Assembly (NCBI RefSeq): GCF_009914755.1
Contig: NC_060938.1
Length of the DNA: 64,000 nucleotides
Reading direction: 5' to 3' (one strand)
From: the human T2T-CHM13v2.0 reference genome, Homo sapiens
In this document: positions 1-12,266 of the stretch, piece by piece
Numbering within the stretch: position 1 is the first letter of the stretch
Layout: every line of letters starts with the position of its first letter
Made by a program: the position numbers and the translations under genes
Notes under the pieces: model-generated
Databases searched by the model: none
What the model was told of the DNA's origin: nothing
Seen by the model: the letters and a program-made list of their open reading frames with translations, nothing else

Positions 1-344
1 TTCTAGCCACCGGGGGTTGTCTCTGATTCGTCTTGGTTTGGGACTTACCCTGAACCACTCCAACCTCCCCAAACCCACATTTGGGGAGCTCCGTTCAAAC
101 TCTGCGGGAGAGAGGTGGCCCCTCAAGGAAAACAGGGCATTATTACCAGAAGGGGAGATGGGAGCTGAGCAGACAGAGAAGCGGATTGTCAGCCACAGGC
201 CAGTTCCCTGGCTGGTGGCTGAATCACTCCCGACCACCCTATCCTGCCTGGGCTGCGTGGGTGCTGGGGTTAGGATGCGACGGGGCCCAAGGCCTGATGT
301 GGCCATGATGCCGTCTCCCCTGCCTCCCGCATCTCTGCCCACAG

Positions 345-468
345 GTTGTCGGCTGTGATCACGAGCTGGACTCGTCCAAGCAGGAGGACAAGTGTCTGCG
401 GTGTGGGGGTGACGGCACGACCTGCTACCCCGTCGCAGGCACCTTTGACGCTAATGACCTCAGCCGAG
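345..468 (+). CDS. PAPLN: Papilin exon, ADAMTS Cys-rich region (VVGCDHELDSSKQEDKCLRCGGDGTTC...)
   Basis: cag|GTT...CGAG|gt; 124 nt, phase 0-1; GCD..LDS...DKC..CGGD motif of ADAMTS(L)/papilin. Upstream exons lie outside the window. Confidence 0.95.
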
Positions 469-923
469 GTGGGGGTGGTTCCGACAAGGGGCAGTTGCCT
501 GCCCCCTTCCTTGCCTGTCCCTTCCTTGCCTGTCCCTGCTCTGGCCTAGACTCCAGGCCAAGTGGCCCTCATGGCACTGGAAGGCTCTGATCATATCAGG
601 TCACATCTGAAAGGCCCCCTGTGGCCTTTGGTTAGGACTCGTGCCCGCTCGTGCAGTCCCATCTCCTGCTGCCACCGCCTGGATGCCCTCCCCATCCCTT
701 CCCACTCCCAGTGTGCTCCGGGTGCCCTGAGCCTTCCCGCCACCCTGGCTTTTGTACTGCGGCCTCTTCTGCCAGGGTTGCCTTTCCCAGCAGCTCGGCC
801 CTGTCTGGCTCTTGTGTACCCTCCCTGCCCCCATTCTGTGCTGTGTGGCACTTGGAGTCCTGTTTGAGTGGTGCCGGGAGAGGGATAGCCCAGCACACCC
901 AGCACCTGCGTCTCTGCCCCCAG

Positions 924-1004
924 GCTACAACCAGATCCTCATAGTTCCCATGGGTGCCACCAGCATCCTCATCGACGAGGCTGCTGCCAGCAGGAACTTC
1001 CTGG
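924..1004 (+). CDS. PAPLN: Papilin exon, ADAMTS spacer (GYNQILIVPMGATSILIDEAAASRNFL)
   Basis: cag|GC...CTGG|gtgag; 81 nt, symmetric phase 1-1. Confidence 0.95.
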
Positions 1005-1101
1005 GTGAGAGCCTAGGGTTAGGTCCTAGGCAGGTCTGGGGCTGCAGGGGGAGGTGCGGCACTGCTCCCTCTGGCTGACTGAGGCGGTCTCCTCTGCGCA
1101 G

Positions 1102-1274
1102 CTGTGAAGAATGTTCGTGGGGAATACTACCTCAATGGGCACTGGACCATCGAGGCGGCCCGGGCCCTGCCAGCAGCCAGCACCATCCTGCATTACGAGC
1201 GGGGTGCTGAGGGGGACCTGGCCCCTGAGCGACTCCATGCCCGGGGCCCCACCTCGGAGCCCCTGGTCATCGAG
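1102..1274 (+). CDS. PAPLN: Papilin exon, ADAMTS spacer (AVKNVRGEYYLNGHWTI...GPTSEPLVIE)
   Basis: cag|CT...GAG|gtaaat; 173 nt; YYLNG.W and GPT.EPL spacer motifs. Confidence 0.96.
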
Positions 1275-1455
1275 GTAAATGGGGGTGTGGGGAGAGAGGG
1301 CGAGTGGGCAGCTCGTGGTCCCCAAGAGGCTGCCAAGCTCTGTACATGGGGGGTTGAGTGGCTCTGGGCTTGAGGCTGGCAGGGGGCTGTGAGGCTGCGG
1401 AGGGTGTGGGAGTGCTCCCCAGCAGCAGACCCCAACAAGGACTCTCCCGTGACAG

Positions 1456-1579
1456 CTCATCAGCCAGGAGCCCAACCCCGGTGTGCACTATGAGTACCAC
1501 CTGCCCCTGCGCCGCCCCAGCCCCGGCTTCAGCTGGAGCCACGGCTCATGGAGTGACTGCAGCGCGGAGTGTGGCGGAG
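1456..1579 (+). CDS. PAPLN: Papilin exon, spacer end and TSP1 start (LISQEPNPGVHYEY...WSHGSWSDCSAECGG)
   Basis: cag|CTC...GGAG|gtgcgg; 124 nt. Confidence 0.95.
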
Positions 1580-2087
1580 GTGCGGGCGTGGATGGCCCAG
1601 GGGAGGGCATGGGCCCTGTGTGCTGGATCCCACGGCCACAGGTGGGCAAGTCACAGCCCTCTCCTCAAGGCAGTCCCTCCTGGGGAGATGGACAAGTAGG
1701 CGAGAAATCTCTGTGTTATGGGGGTCGCTTTGAGGAAAACCCAGGGATCTGGGGGACTCCATGAAGGACCCCAGCCTAAGCGAATAGAACCAGAGGGGGC
1801 TTCCCAGAGTCAGCGGCATCTCATAGGAGACAGACTCCCTCAGGACCGGAGGCTGGGCCTGGGGTCAGTGATCAGGTGCCAGAGTAGGGCTCTCTCACAG
1901 CAAAAACCCTCAGAGCCTCAGTTTCCTCATCTGCCAATTGGAGATGTGGTGGCACCTGCCTCGGGGGGGTCATCTAAGACTGAATGGGGATGACCTGTGG
2001 GGTGAGTGCAGGATGGCGCCTGGCCCAGGGAACGCGCTTGGTGAATGTTGACTGGCGTCTGCCCACCATGGCTGGGCCTCTGCGCAG

Positions 2088-2214
2088 GTCACCAGTCCCG
2101 CCTGGTGTTCTGCACCATCGACCATGAGGCCTACCCCGACCACATGTGCCAGCGCCAGCCACGGCCAGCTGACCGGCGTTCCTGCAATCTTCACCCTTGC
2201 CCGGAGACCAAGCG
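2088..2214 (+). CDS. PAPLN: Papilin exon, TSP1 (GHQSRLVFCTIDHEAYPDHMC...CNLHPCPETKR)
   Basis: cag|GT...AAGCG|gtgaga; 127 nt, phase 1-2. Confidence 0.95.
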
Positions 2215-3192
2215 GTGAGACCTTGCCAGCCCCTCTACCCATGATGAGGCCCAAGAACTTGGGTGGGAAGGGAACAAGGCCTCCAAGCTGCTTTAGGTGT
2301 AGAACAAAGAGGTGGGGGTCCAGGGCCCCCCACGCTGTGGCTGGGGTGTGGGAGAGGTGGCAGCTCTTCCTGGGGGAGGCAGAGAATAGGCCTGAGCCCG
2401 GGGCTGGTCTCTCTGCTCTCCTGTGACCACGAAGTACTCAGAACACCTAGGCTTGGTGGCAGGAGGGTTGGAGAAGGTTCCAGAGGTCCCTGTCTGTCTG
2501 AGCCAGCAGAGGGTTTGGCTTGGCAGATGCCAAGGGGTGGGCCAGGGGTCAGGCCAAAGGGCCTGTTGGCATCGGCCATGGCTTTGTTCGTGCACAAAGG
2601 ACCTCTTACCTGCACCGGCCTGGAGCGTGGCGCCTTGCTGGGGCCCAGCGAGTGTGTGGGAACAGGTAACCTGCAGGTCACAGGCTCCCCGCAGGGCTGG
2701 TGCCACCCTGTCACCGCTTGGCCTTGGTGGCAGCGGGCCTCCTGGGATGGTGGCGGACTTGGCTTTGCATGGGGCCACAGGGCTGCTCTTTCCTCTGGGT
2801 CCTTGCACCCGGGGCCTGGCAGAGCCGCTCCACGCATGGGTGAGCACAGCCTCTCCAGGAGCTGCCCCTTGACTAAGGTCAGACCGAGAGGAATGGAGTC
2901 TGACTGGGAGACAGGGACCTGGTGGGAAGGAGAAAGGGGGATAGCGTTGAGGACAGGAAAGCCAAGGGGGAGGCGCAGGGCCCCGAGTTGTGGGGAGCGC
3001 TCAGAGAGCCAGGCCCGGTGGTGGGGATGCTAAGGAGCGCCTGGGTCGTAGCCTTTGTTCAGGCTGGAGGCTCAGAGGATGGGCTGGGGTGGGGGTCCTC
3101 AGGCCACCTGTGTGAGTGAGGGCAGAAACCCTCAGGGCTGGGTTTCTGCCCATGCTCCTGGGCCAGCCTTACCTGATTCCCCCTCCTGCCAG

Positions 3193-3400
3193 CTGGAAGG
3201 CAGGGCCATGGGCACCCTGCTCAGCCTCCTGTGGAGGAGGCTCCCAGTCCCGCTCCGTGTACTGCATCTCGTCTGACGGGGCCGGCATCCAGGAGGCCGT
3301 GGAGGAGGCTGAGTGTGCCGGGCTGCCTGGGAAGCCCCCTGCCATTCAGGCCTGTAACCTGCAGCGCTGTGCAGCCTGGAGCCCGGAGCCCTGGGGAGAG
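3193..3400 (+). CDS. PAPLN: Papilin exon, TSP1 (WKAGPWAPCSASCGGG...WSPEPWGE)
   Basis: cag|C TGG...GAG|gtcagg; 208 nt. Confidence 0.96.
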
Positions 3401-3951
3401 GTCAGGCCCCTGGCCCGCATGGGGCTGGTGCTGGACCTGGGTAGCAGCAGGGAAGGGCTGGGGTCTTGTTCTCTGCTGTGGAAACCGAGGTCCTGGGAGG
3501 TAAAATAACCGGTCAGGTCATCTTGGAAGCTGTGGCCAAGGCTGGGACCAGAAGCAAGTGTCTGGATGAGTGGTCCAGGGCTCTTCCTTTTTCTCCAGGA
3601 TCCTAGGGCAGGGCAGGAAAGGCCTGGGCAGGAAGAAGCTGGTGTGTTGTTTGGGGGCAAGGGAGGAGCTGGAAGTGTCTAGGCTGCCAGTCATTGCTTC
3701 TAGCACCTACGTATATTCAAGTTGCAAATGGATGGAAAATACAAATGGGTGACAACCTCAGTCTGTTGTCAGTAGCCATGGTTCAGGCTGTGTGACCTCA
3801 GGGGAGTGAGTCAGCCTCTCTGGGCCTGGGAAGGACATGGGCAGTTGGGTGCTATCTGCCTCCACACCAGGCTGGTGGGCCGCTAGCTGTCCAAACTGGC
3901 GTGGCTCCTGGGGGCAAGGCCGAGCTTCTGCTGACAGCCTTGTCCTTGCAG

Positions 3952-4134
3952 TGTTCTGTCAGTTGTGGCGTTGGCGTCCGGAAGCGGAGCGTTACTTGCC
4001 GGGGTGAAAGGGGTTCTTTGCTCCATACCGCAGCGTGCTCCTTGGAAGACCGGCCACCTCTGACTGAGCCCTGTGTGCATGAGGACTGCCCCCTCCTCAG
4101 TGACCAGGCCTGGCATGTTGGCACCTGGGGTCTA
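3952..4134 (+). CDS. PAPLN: Papilin exon, TSP1 (CSVSCGVGVRKRSVTC...WHVGTWGL)
   Basis: cag|TGT...CTA|gtgagt; 183 nt, phase 0-0. Confidence 0.96.
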
Positions 4135-4315
4135 GTGAGTGCTCTCCACCCCCACACCTGCTGCCTGACCCTGGTCTCTGGCAGGTGGCTGCACCCGAGC
4201 GCCGTCCTTGGACCTGACACGCGCCACTGGGCACCTTCCCCTGCCTCTCTCCATGTGGGTCCCCGCCCCCAGCCTCGCCCTCAGCATCTCTCTCTCTCCC
4301 ACTCGTGGGCCTCAG

Positions 4316-4457
4316 TGCTCCAAGAGCTGCAGCTCGGGCACTCGGAGGCGACAGGTCATCTGTGCCATTGGGCCGCCCAGCCACTGCGGGAGCCTGCAGC
4401 ACTCCAAGCCTGTGGATGTGGAGCCTTGTAACACGCAGCCCTGTCATCTCCCCCAGG
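4316..4457 (+). CDS. PAPLN: Papilin exon, TSP1 (CSKSCSSGTRRRQVIC...CNTQPCHLPQ)
   Basis: cag|TGC...CAGG|gtaagg; 142 nt. Confidence 0.96.
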
Positions 4458-5519
4458 GTAAGGACAGGAGGGCAGGGAGGAGTCCGGCCTCTGACCTCTC
4501 TCCCATTCGCTACAAACCCAGCAAGCATGTCCTGCCTCGGGGCCTCTGCCTGCACTGTGTCATCCCTCTGGACCCCACTTCTCCCATGTCTCCCCCCGCT
4601 GAACCCTTTGCCATCTCTAAGGCCCACCTGGTGTGCAGCCCACCAGGCAGCCCTGCTTTCCTCCACTCAGCGGTAGCATGCCCCTGCCCCTCTGGCCCCC
4701 ATAGCATGCTGTCATTTCTGTGGGACCCTTAGATTCATTTCCTTGTGCTGCTGTGGTTGTATACGGCTTGTCAGACCTACCCACTATAAGCTTCTTGAGG
4801 ACTGGGTCCCCAACTTCCATATTCCTCTTTATACCCCCATAGAACTTACCTGACACAGTTAGGTACTCAGTGAATGTCTGTTGAATGACTGAGTGACTGA
4901 CTGTGTGCTGAGGGAAGGAGGCAGTCCAGGAAGGAGTGTCTCCACATGCCACTTCTGCCTCTGTCTTCTTCCCTTCATCCCCATCCCACTGTGAAAGGAG
5001 CCTCACAGGCATGAGGGCCTGCTGGAGAAAGGGCACTGAGGCCAGTGTTTGCGTGGTGTGAGGATGCCACATTGAGGAAGGGTGTGGGTTGTGGTGAGCT
5101 GGGGATGGGGGTGGGTGGGTAGCCTCCCAATACTGCAGGGAGGCATGTTTGGCCTTGACTCACTCGTGATGGGGACTCTATGAGCTGTAGGGACCTTGAG
5201 ATGAAGGAAGGCAGAATTTCTATGAGACATGTGACAGGTGTGGCTAAGAACCAGTGGCCTCAGAGTCAACAGCAGGCTTGGGTTCCGATCCACTCCGTTG
5301 CTGACCAGTTGTGTGGCCTTGGGCAAGTGCCCCACCTCTCTGATTCTCAGTTTGCCCATCTGCACAGTGGGGTTAAAAAGAGCGACTTTCCAGACCGTGG
5401 TGGTCATGCAGCACAACGCCTGACCGCATGGGGTGCTTGCTAGCTAAGCAGAGGGTGGAAGGGGTGGTGGTGAGGCCTTGTGGGGGAGCTCGGCCATCCG
5501 GAGGGCCCCTGGTGCCTCA

Positions 5520-6712
<1,193 letters not shown>

Positions 6713-7194
6713 ACTTATTTTATTCTTTATAACTTTCTTCCATTATATAGTAATATGCTTATTTTGGAAAATTTGAAGCACGCAAATAGAAGGGAAGGGC
6801 ACCCTGCCTCCCAAGCACTCAGAGCAGCTTTCACTATGGGCATTATTTCAGGGGGGGGTCCTACAGGTTTTCTCTTATGTAGCATTAAAAAAAAATTCTT
6901 ATTGTCCTAATTTTATCTACTTATCCATTTGCATTTTCCAACAATATTTTGTGACGAAAAATCTTTTTGAAAATTTTAGGGATGTTGTTTAAATAATTCC
7001 ATATACCCTAAAAACCACCCATTCTAATGGCACAATGATTTTTTGTAAATTTACAAGTTGAACAATATGATAGAAACTTTAAACATGCCAAAAAGTTGAA
7101 AGAAATGCATAGTGAGCAGCCATGTACACACTATCTCAATCCCACAACTAGTATTTGGCTATATTTGTGTTTTCATTATCTAGTCTCTTTCTTC

Positions 7195-8203
7195 TTTTTT
7201 TTTTTTTTTTTTTTGAGACCTAGTCTCGCTCTGTCGCCCAGTTTGGAGTGCAGTGGCGCGATCTCGGCTCACTGCAACCTCTGCCTCCCAGGTTCAAGCG
7301 ATTCTCCTGCCTTAGCGTCCTGAGTAGCTGGGATTACAGGTGTGTGCTACTGCGCCCAGCTAATTTTTGTATTTTCAGTAGAGATGGGGTTTCACCATGT
7401 TGGCCAGGCTGGTCTCGAAACTCCTGACCTCAAGTGATCCTCCTGCCTCGGCCTCCCAAAGTGCTGGGATTGCGGGCGGGAGCCCGTGCTTCGCTCATTA
7501 TCTAGTGTCTTTCTATCCCTTTGTCTATTCATCCAATTTTTTTAAATATGGAATTTTTTTATGGAGGTGAAATTTACATTCAGTTAACCCTTTTAAAGTG
7601 TACAGGTTGGTGGTATTTAGCGCATTATTTCAATCTCTTTGATTATAGACATCCTAGTGGGTGGGAAGCAGGACCTCATTGTGGTTTTGATTTGCATTTC
7701 CCTGATGACTAATGATGTTGAGTATCTTTTTACGTGTTTGTTGGCCATTTGCATATCATCTTTGGAGAAATGCGTAAGTTCTTTACCCACTTTTTAATTG
7801 GATTGTTTGCCTTTCATCAGTCCAATTTTTTAAAAAAGTATGTTCTGTTTTTTGTTTTATGTGGCTGGGATCATAACACGTGCACATTTTATAGCTGGTA
7901 CTTTTTGCTGAACATGTAAGATTAGCATTTTTCATGCTAGGTGCAGTGGCTCACACCCATAATCCCAGCATTTTGGGAGGCTGAGTCAGGAGGATCACTT
8001 GAGCCCAGGAGTTTGAGACAAGCCTGGGCAATATAGAAAGACCCTATCTCTAAAAAAAAAAAAAAAAAAAAAAAAAAAGTAGTCCCAGCTACTCAGGGGG
8101 CTGAAGTGGGAGGATCACTTGAACCCAGGAGGTTGAGGCTTTAGTGAGCCATGATCACCCTACTGCATCTCAGCCTGGGCGACAGAGACCCTGTCTCAAA
8201 AAA
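7195..8203. mobile_element. Alu about 7195-7490 (-), old L1M 3' fragment about 7550-7815 (-), AluJ about 7937-8203 (+)
   Basis: Alu consensus; L1 motif GTGGTTTTGATTTGCATTTCCCTGATGACTAATGATGTTGAG. Confidence 0.88.
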
Positions 8204-8418
8204 GGTGAGCATTTTCTGTGTGACTGGAGACTTTTGAAGAGTGGCTGGGCATTTTTTGAAATCCTGGGTCATGCTCCTTTTCCCTTGGGCTGTCTCGGGT
8301 TCCCAGGCCCTGCCTGGGCAGTGGGGTAGAAGCCAGTGCTGGGCAGGGCTGGCCACAGCTCAGGTCCATCCTCTCTTCCTCCCTCTCCGTCCCACATGGA
8401 CCTCCCGGCTCCCTGCAG

Positions 8419-8499
8419 AGGTCCCCAGCATGCAGGATGTGCACACCCCTGCCAGCAACCCCTGGATGCCGTTGGGCCCTCAGGAGTCCCCTGCCTCAG
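8419..8499 (+). CDS. PAPLN: Papilin linker exon (EVPSMQDVHTPASNPWMPLGPQESPAS)
   Basis: cag|AG...TCAG|gtgag; 81 nt, phase 1-1. Confidence 0.9.
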
Positions 8500-8708
8500 G
8501 TGAGAGCCTGGTCCCGTCCCCCACTCAGAGCCCTGTAGTTTTTGTGTCTGAGTGGATGGTACATGGGGGTGTGGGGGTCACAGTTGGGTGCAGCCATGGT
8601 GGAAGGGAGAATGGTCCAGGGGACGGAGGAAGGTGGGTCCAACGTGGACAGGGGTGGAGGGGAGGAGCCAGGTGGACGCACTGTGTGTCTTTTGCTTCTT
8701 CTTTCTAG

Positions 8709-8985
8709 ACTCCAGAGGCCAGTGGTGGGCAGCCCAGGAACACCCCTCAGCCAGGGGTGACCACAGGGGAGAACGAGGTGACCCCAGGGGCGACCAAGGC
8801 ACCCACCTGTCAGCCCTGGGCCCCGCTCCCTCTCTGCAGCAGCCCCCATACCAGCAACCCCTGCGGTCGGGCTCAGGGCCCCACGACTGCAGACACAGTC
8901 CTCACGGGTGCTGCCCCGATGGCCACACGGCATCTCTCGGGCCTCAGTGGCAAGGCTGCCCTGGGGCCCCCTGTCAGCAGAGCAG
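8709..8985 (+). CDS. PAPLN: Papilin exon with 3 RGD motifs and first GCCPD Cys repeat
   Basis: tag|AC TCC...AGCAG|gtggg; 277 nt, phase 1-2. Confidence 0.92.
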
Positions 8986-10147
8986 GTGGGTGCTGGAGAC
9001 AGGTCTTCCTCCTCCCCCGTCAAAGAGGGAAGGTGGGACCCCGTGGGTGGGCCAACATCTCTGATCAGAAGAGGGCTGGGGTGGGTGTGCAGAGCTCAGG
9101 AATAGGATGCCCAAGCCTTCCTCCCTGGGCTGCCCTGAGCATGAGATCTTGGGGACTTGGCTTCCTGTGGCTGAGTTTCTTGATGTGCCAAGTGGGGACA
9201 CAAACCCCCACCTTACTGCAGAGTGTCAGCGTGTGGAAACACAGCCTGAGACTCCGAGAAGGCTCTGGGTGCGATTCTAGCTCTCAGATCTAACCAGGCT
9301 CAGGGAACTCACGGTAAAGGCTAGACGAGGGCCAACCAACTCCTCACAATCTTCCTAACAGCCCCGGCCACTCCCGCCTTATGGAATGGGTCCGAGTCAT
9401 CCCACTCCTGCCAGGTGCCCTCCCTCTGCCCCTCCTCCTTCTATGGCCTGCCCTGAACGCATCCCCAGTGTGCTGTCTCAGAGACCAGGTGCTTCTGGGC
9501 CCAGACTTTGTGGCCAGTAGCCTGGGGGCAGTTCCCAGCTCAGACACTCACCGGCTATGTGCTGGGTGACTTGGGCCACGTGACTTAACCTCTCTGATTT
9601 TGGGTTCCTCTTCTGAGAAATGGGAATGATGACAATCGTGATGGGGTTCCTGTGAGGGTGAAGTGCATCACAGCATGCCTGGCACAGAGAGGGCGCCGGG
9701 CACCCTCCCTCCTTTCACCTTGCCTCGTGGCACCTGGTGGGTGGGTGTGGAGTAAATGGTGGGTTCCTTTGAACCCCCTCTTCTGCCCTGTCTCCCATCT
9801 GCTGCTGTTTTGTAACCCCCGCTGTGAACTGACATTTGGTCAGGCTCAGATGAACATCCCCCTTCTTTGTTTTGTGGGCTGTGCAACTGAGGCTCTGCCA
9901 GTTATGAGGGGTACAGCCACCATTTATTGTGTTACGGCTGCCCTCCCTGGTAGCTGCTAAGAGTCGGTGGATTTAGGCGAGATTGCGGCACACAAAATGG
10001 CCTGCCCTGCACACGGGGACACGTCCTCTCCCCCCCAGGTCCCCACCCTGTCAGCCCCCACCATGGGGAGCCTCAGAGCCTGGGTCCTGGGATGCAGGGA
10101 GCGTGGGGGCAGGCTGGGCAGTGAGGGGCTGTGTGATGTCTGCCTAG

Positions 10148-10268
10148 GTACGGGTGCTGCCCTGACAGGGTATCTGTCGCTGAGGGGCCCCATCACGCTG
10201 GCTGCACAAAGTCGTATGGTGGTGACAGCACCGGGGGCAGGCCCAGGTCAAGGGCAGTGGCTTCTACA
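10148..10268 (+). CDS. PAPLN: Papilin exon, second Cys repeat (YGCCPDRVSVAEGPHHAGC...AVAST)
   Basis: tag|G TAC...ACA|gtaagt; 121 nt, phase 2-0. Confidence 0.92.
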
Positions 10269-10594
10269 GTAAGTGTCTGGCCTGGGGGAGGGGAGCAGGG
10301 GGCCAGCCCGTGAGCCTGCTCAGTGTCACTGTGACCCAGGATCTTTGCCGCTTTGGCCTCGGAGAAAGGAGGTCCCTGCAAATCTGCTGGCCTGGGTCAT
10401 CCTCTGGAGGGCACCGGGCTTCAAAGATGGGCCTGGGGTGGATCAGGGGTTTCATCCAACATTCTCCTGGCCTCTGGTCTCCCCTGGGCTGGGGTTCTGG
10501 CCCCTCCTTCCTGCCATCCTCCCCGTGGCAGCCCAGAGTCCCCAACAATGGCCAGATCCACTGCCCACTTCCCAATCATGGGTTTCCTCCCCAG

Positions 10595-10733
10595 GTCCAC
10601 AACACCCACCAGCCCCAGGCCCAGCAGAATGAGCCCAGTGAGTGCCGGGGCTCCCAGTTTGGCTGTTGCTATGACAACGTGGCCACTGCAGCCGGTCCTC
10701 TTGGGGAAGGCTGTGTGGGCCAGCCCAGCCATG
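10595..10733 (+). CDS. PAPLN: Papilin exon, third Cys repeat (VHNTHQ...FGCCYDNVATAAGPLGEGC)
   Basis: cag|GTC...CATG|gtgagt; 139 nt. Confidence 0.94.
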
Positions 10734-11788
10734 GTGAGTGGACACCCCCTCTCCTCCTTCTCGATGGGTAGACTCTGCTCCCACCATGCCTCCAGCCCCC
10801 ACCCAGGACCAAAGACCTTCCTACCAGCTCAGTTATTCATTCATTCCTACCACAAATGTTGATTGCCTGCTAGGTGCCAGGCCAGAGAGCAGTGCCAGAG
10901 TGTTCTCGCATCCAGCAGTTTGAACCTGTGGCCTTCTGGCTGCTTCTGGGAACTGGGGAGGGTGGGAGGTGGGGATCCCAAGGGCCTGGGAGGCAGTCTC
11001 GTGCTTGGGAGTCAGCCCCTTCTGAGGCAGAGCCAGTGCAGGGCAGTTAGTGCCGGGATGGGCAGGGGTGCCCTGACCCTGCCTGGAATGTGGGTGGAGT
11101 AGCAGGAGCTGAGTGCTGGAGGGAGGGTAGGGGTCAGGGAGGTCTTTGAGGTTGCAGCCCTGGATGAATGAGTAGAGCTGCTGGGAACCATCACGAGGAC
11201 CTCAAAAGCCGGGCTAGGGCTGTGGTCAGGGCTCGCAGGAGGCACCCATGGTCATGTCTAAATGTGGAGAGATGGGTCAGGCCATGCTGGCGAGGGCTGC
11301 TGGAATGGCAGGCTGGGTGCTGGAGGTGGGCTCAGTGGCCAGTCAGTGCAGCATCCTGGGGACAAGGGCATGCCCTTGCTGGGCATCTTCACACGCCCTG
11401 GGTGGCTCAGGTCTGTGTCCCTATCACAAGCTAAGCAGGCAGGGTCACCCTCTGGGCTCACTTTGCATGTGACTTCAGGTGGTCTGGTGGCAGGGAAGGC
11501 CAAAGGTCCAAGGGAGCCGGCCCAGGGAGCCCTGGCCCTGACCTCCCAGAGGCTCTAGCTCTGTGGGTGAAGGCTGCTGTGGCACCAGCCGGGGGCAGGT
11601 CTGCACAGTGGACAGACTCTGGTGGAAGCATCCTGGATCCCAGGGCCAGGTCAGGCCCCCAGACAGGGGTGTAGACATGCTTTATAAGTGGGGAAGGGCC
11701 TGCTTCCTGAGTCGGAGGCTGAGAGGATGGAGGGTGCAGCTTTAGTACTGGGCACCTCAGTGACTTATATCACACCCATGCCCTGCAG

Positions 11789-12266
11789 CCTACCCCGTGC
11801 GGTGCCTGCTGCCCAGTGCCCATGGCTCTTGCGCAGACTGGGCTGCCCGCTGGTACTTCGTTGCCTCTGTGGGCCAATGTAACCGCTTCTGGTATGGCGG
11901 CTGCCATGGCAATGCCAATAACTTTGCCTCGGAGCAAGAGTGCATGAGCAGCTGCCAGGGATCTCTCCATGGGCCCCGTCGTCCCCAGCCTGGGGCTTCT
12001 GGAAGGAGCACCCACACGGATGGTGGCGGCAGCAGTCCTGCAGGCGAGCAGGAACCCAGCCAGCACAGGACAGGGGCCGCGGTGCAGAGAAAGCCCTGGC
12101 CTTCTGGTGGTCTCTGGCGGCAAGACCAACAGCCTGGGCCAGGGGAGGCCCCCCACACCCAGGCCTTTGGAGAATGGCCATGGGGGCAGGAGCTTGGGTC
12201 CAGGGCCCCTGGACTGGGTGGAGATGCCGGATCACCAGCGCCACCCTTCCACAGCTCCTCCTACAG
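11789..12266 (+). CDS. PAPLN: Papilin exon, Kunitz/BPTI domain plus linker
   Basis: cag|CC TAC...TACAG|gtgagg; 478 nt; C..P...G.C.....RWYF......C..F.YGGC.GN.NNF.....C...C. Confidence 0.97.

Noticed and set aside
504-538. Short tandem duplications (CCCTTCCTTGCCTGT x2 here; ACCACTAAAATCTG x2 near 18518-18570)
   Set aside because: Ordinary slippage duplications with no evident function.
2235-3033. Long overlapping ORFs (256, 200 and 184 aa) in a PAPLN intron
   Set aside because: GC-rich intron, no recognisable domain, open on both strands, mostly non-ATG starts.
10239-10241. AGG (Arg) where I recall Met in a reference papilin sequence
   Set aside because: Probably a common polymorphism, and it cannot be verified without a database.
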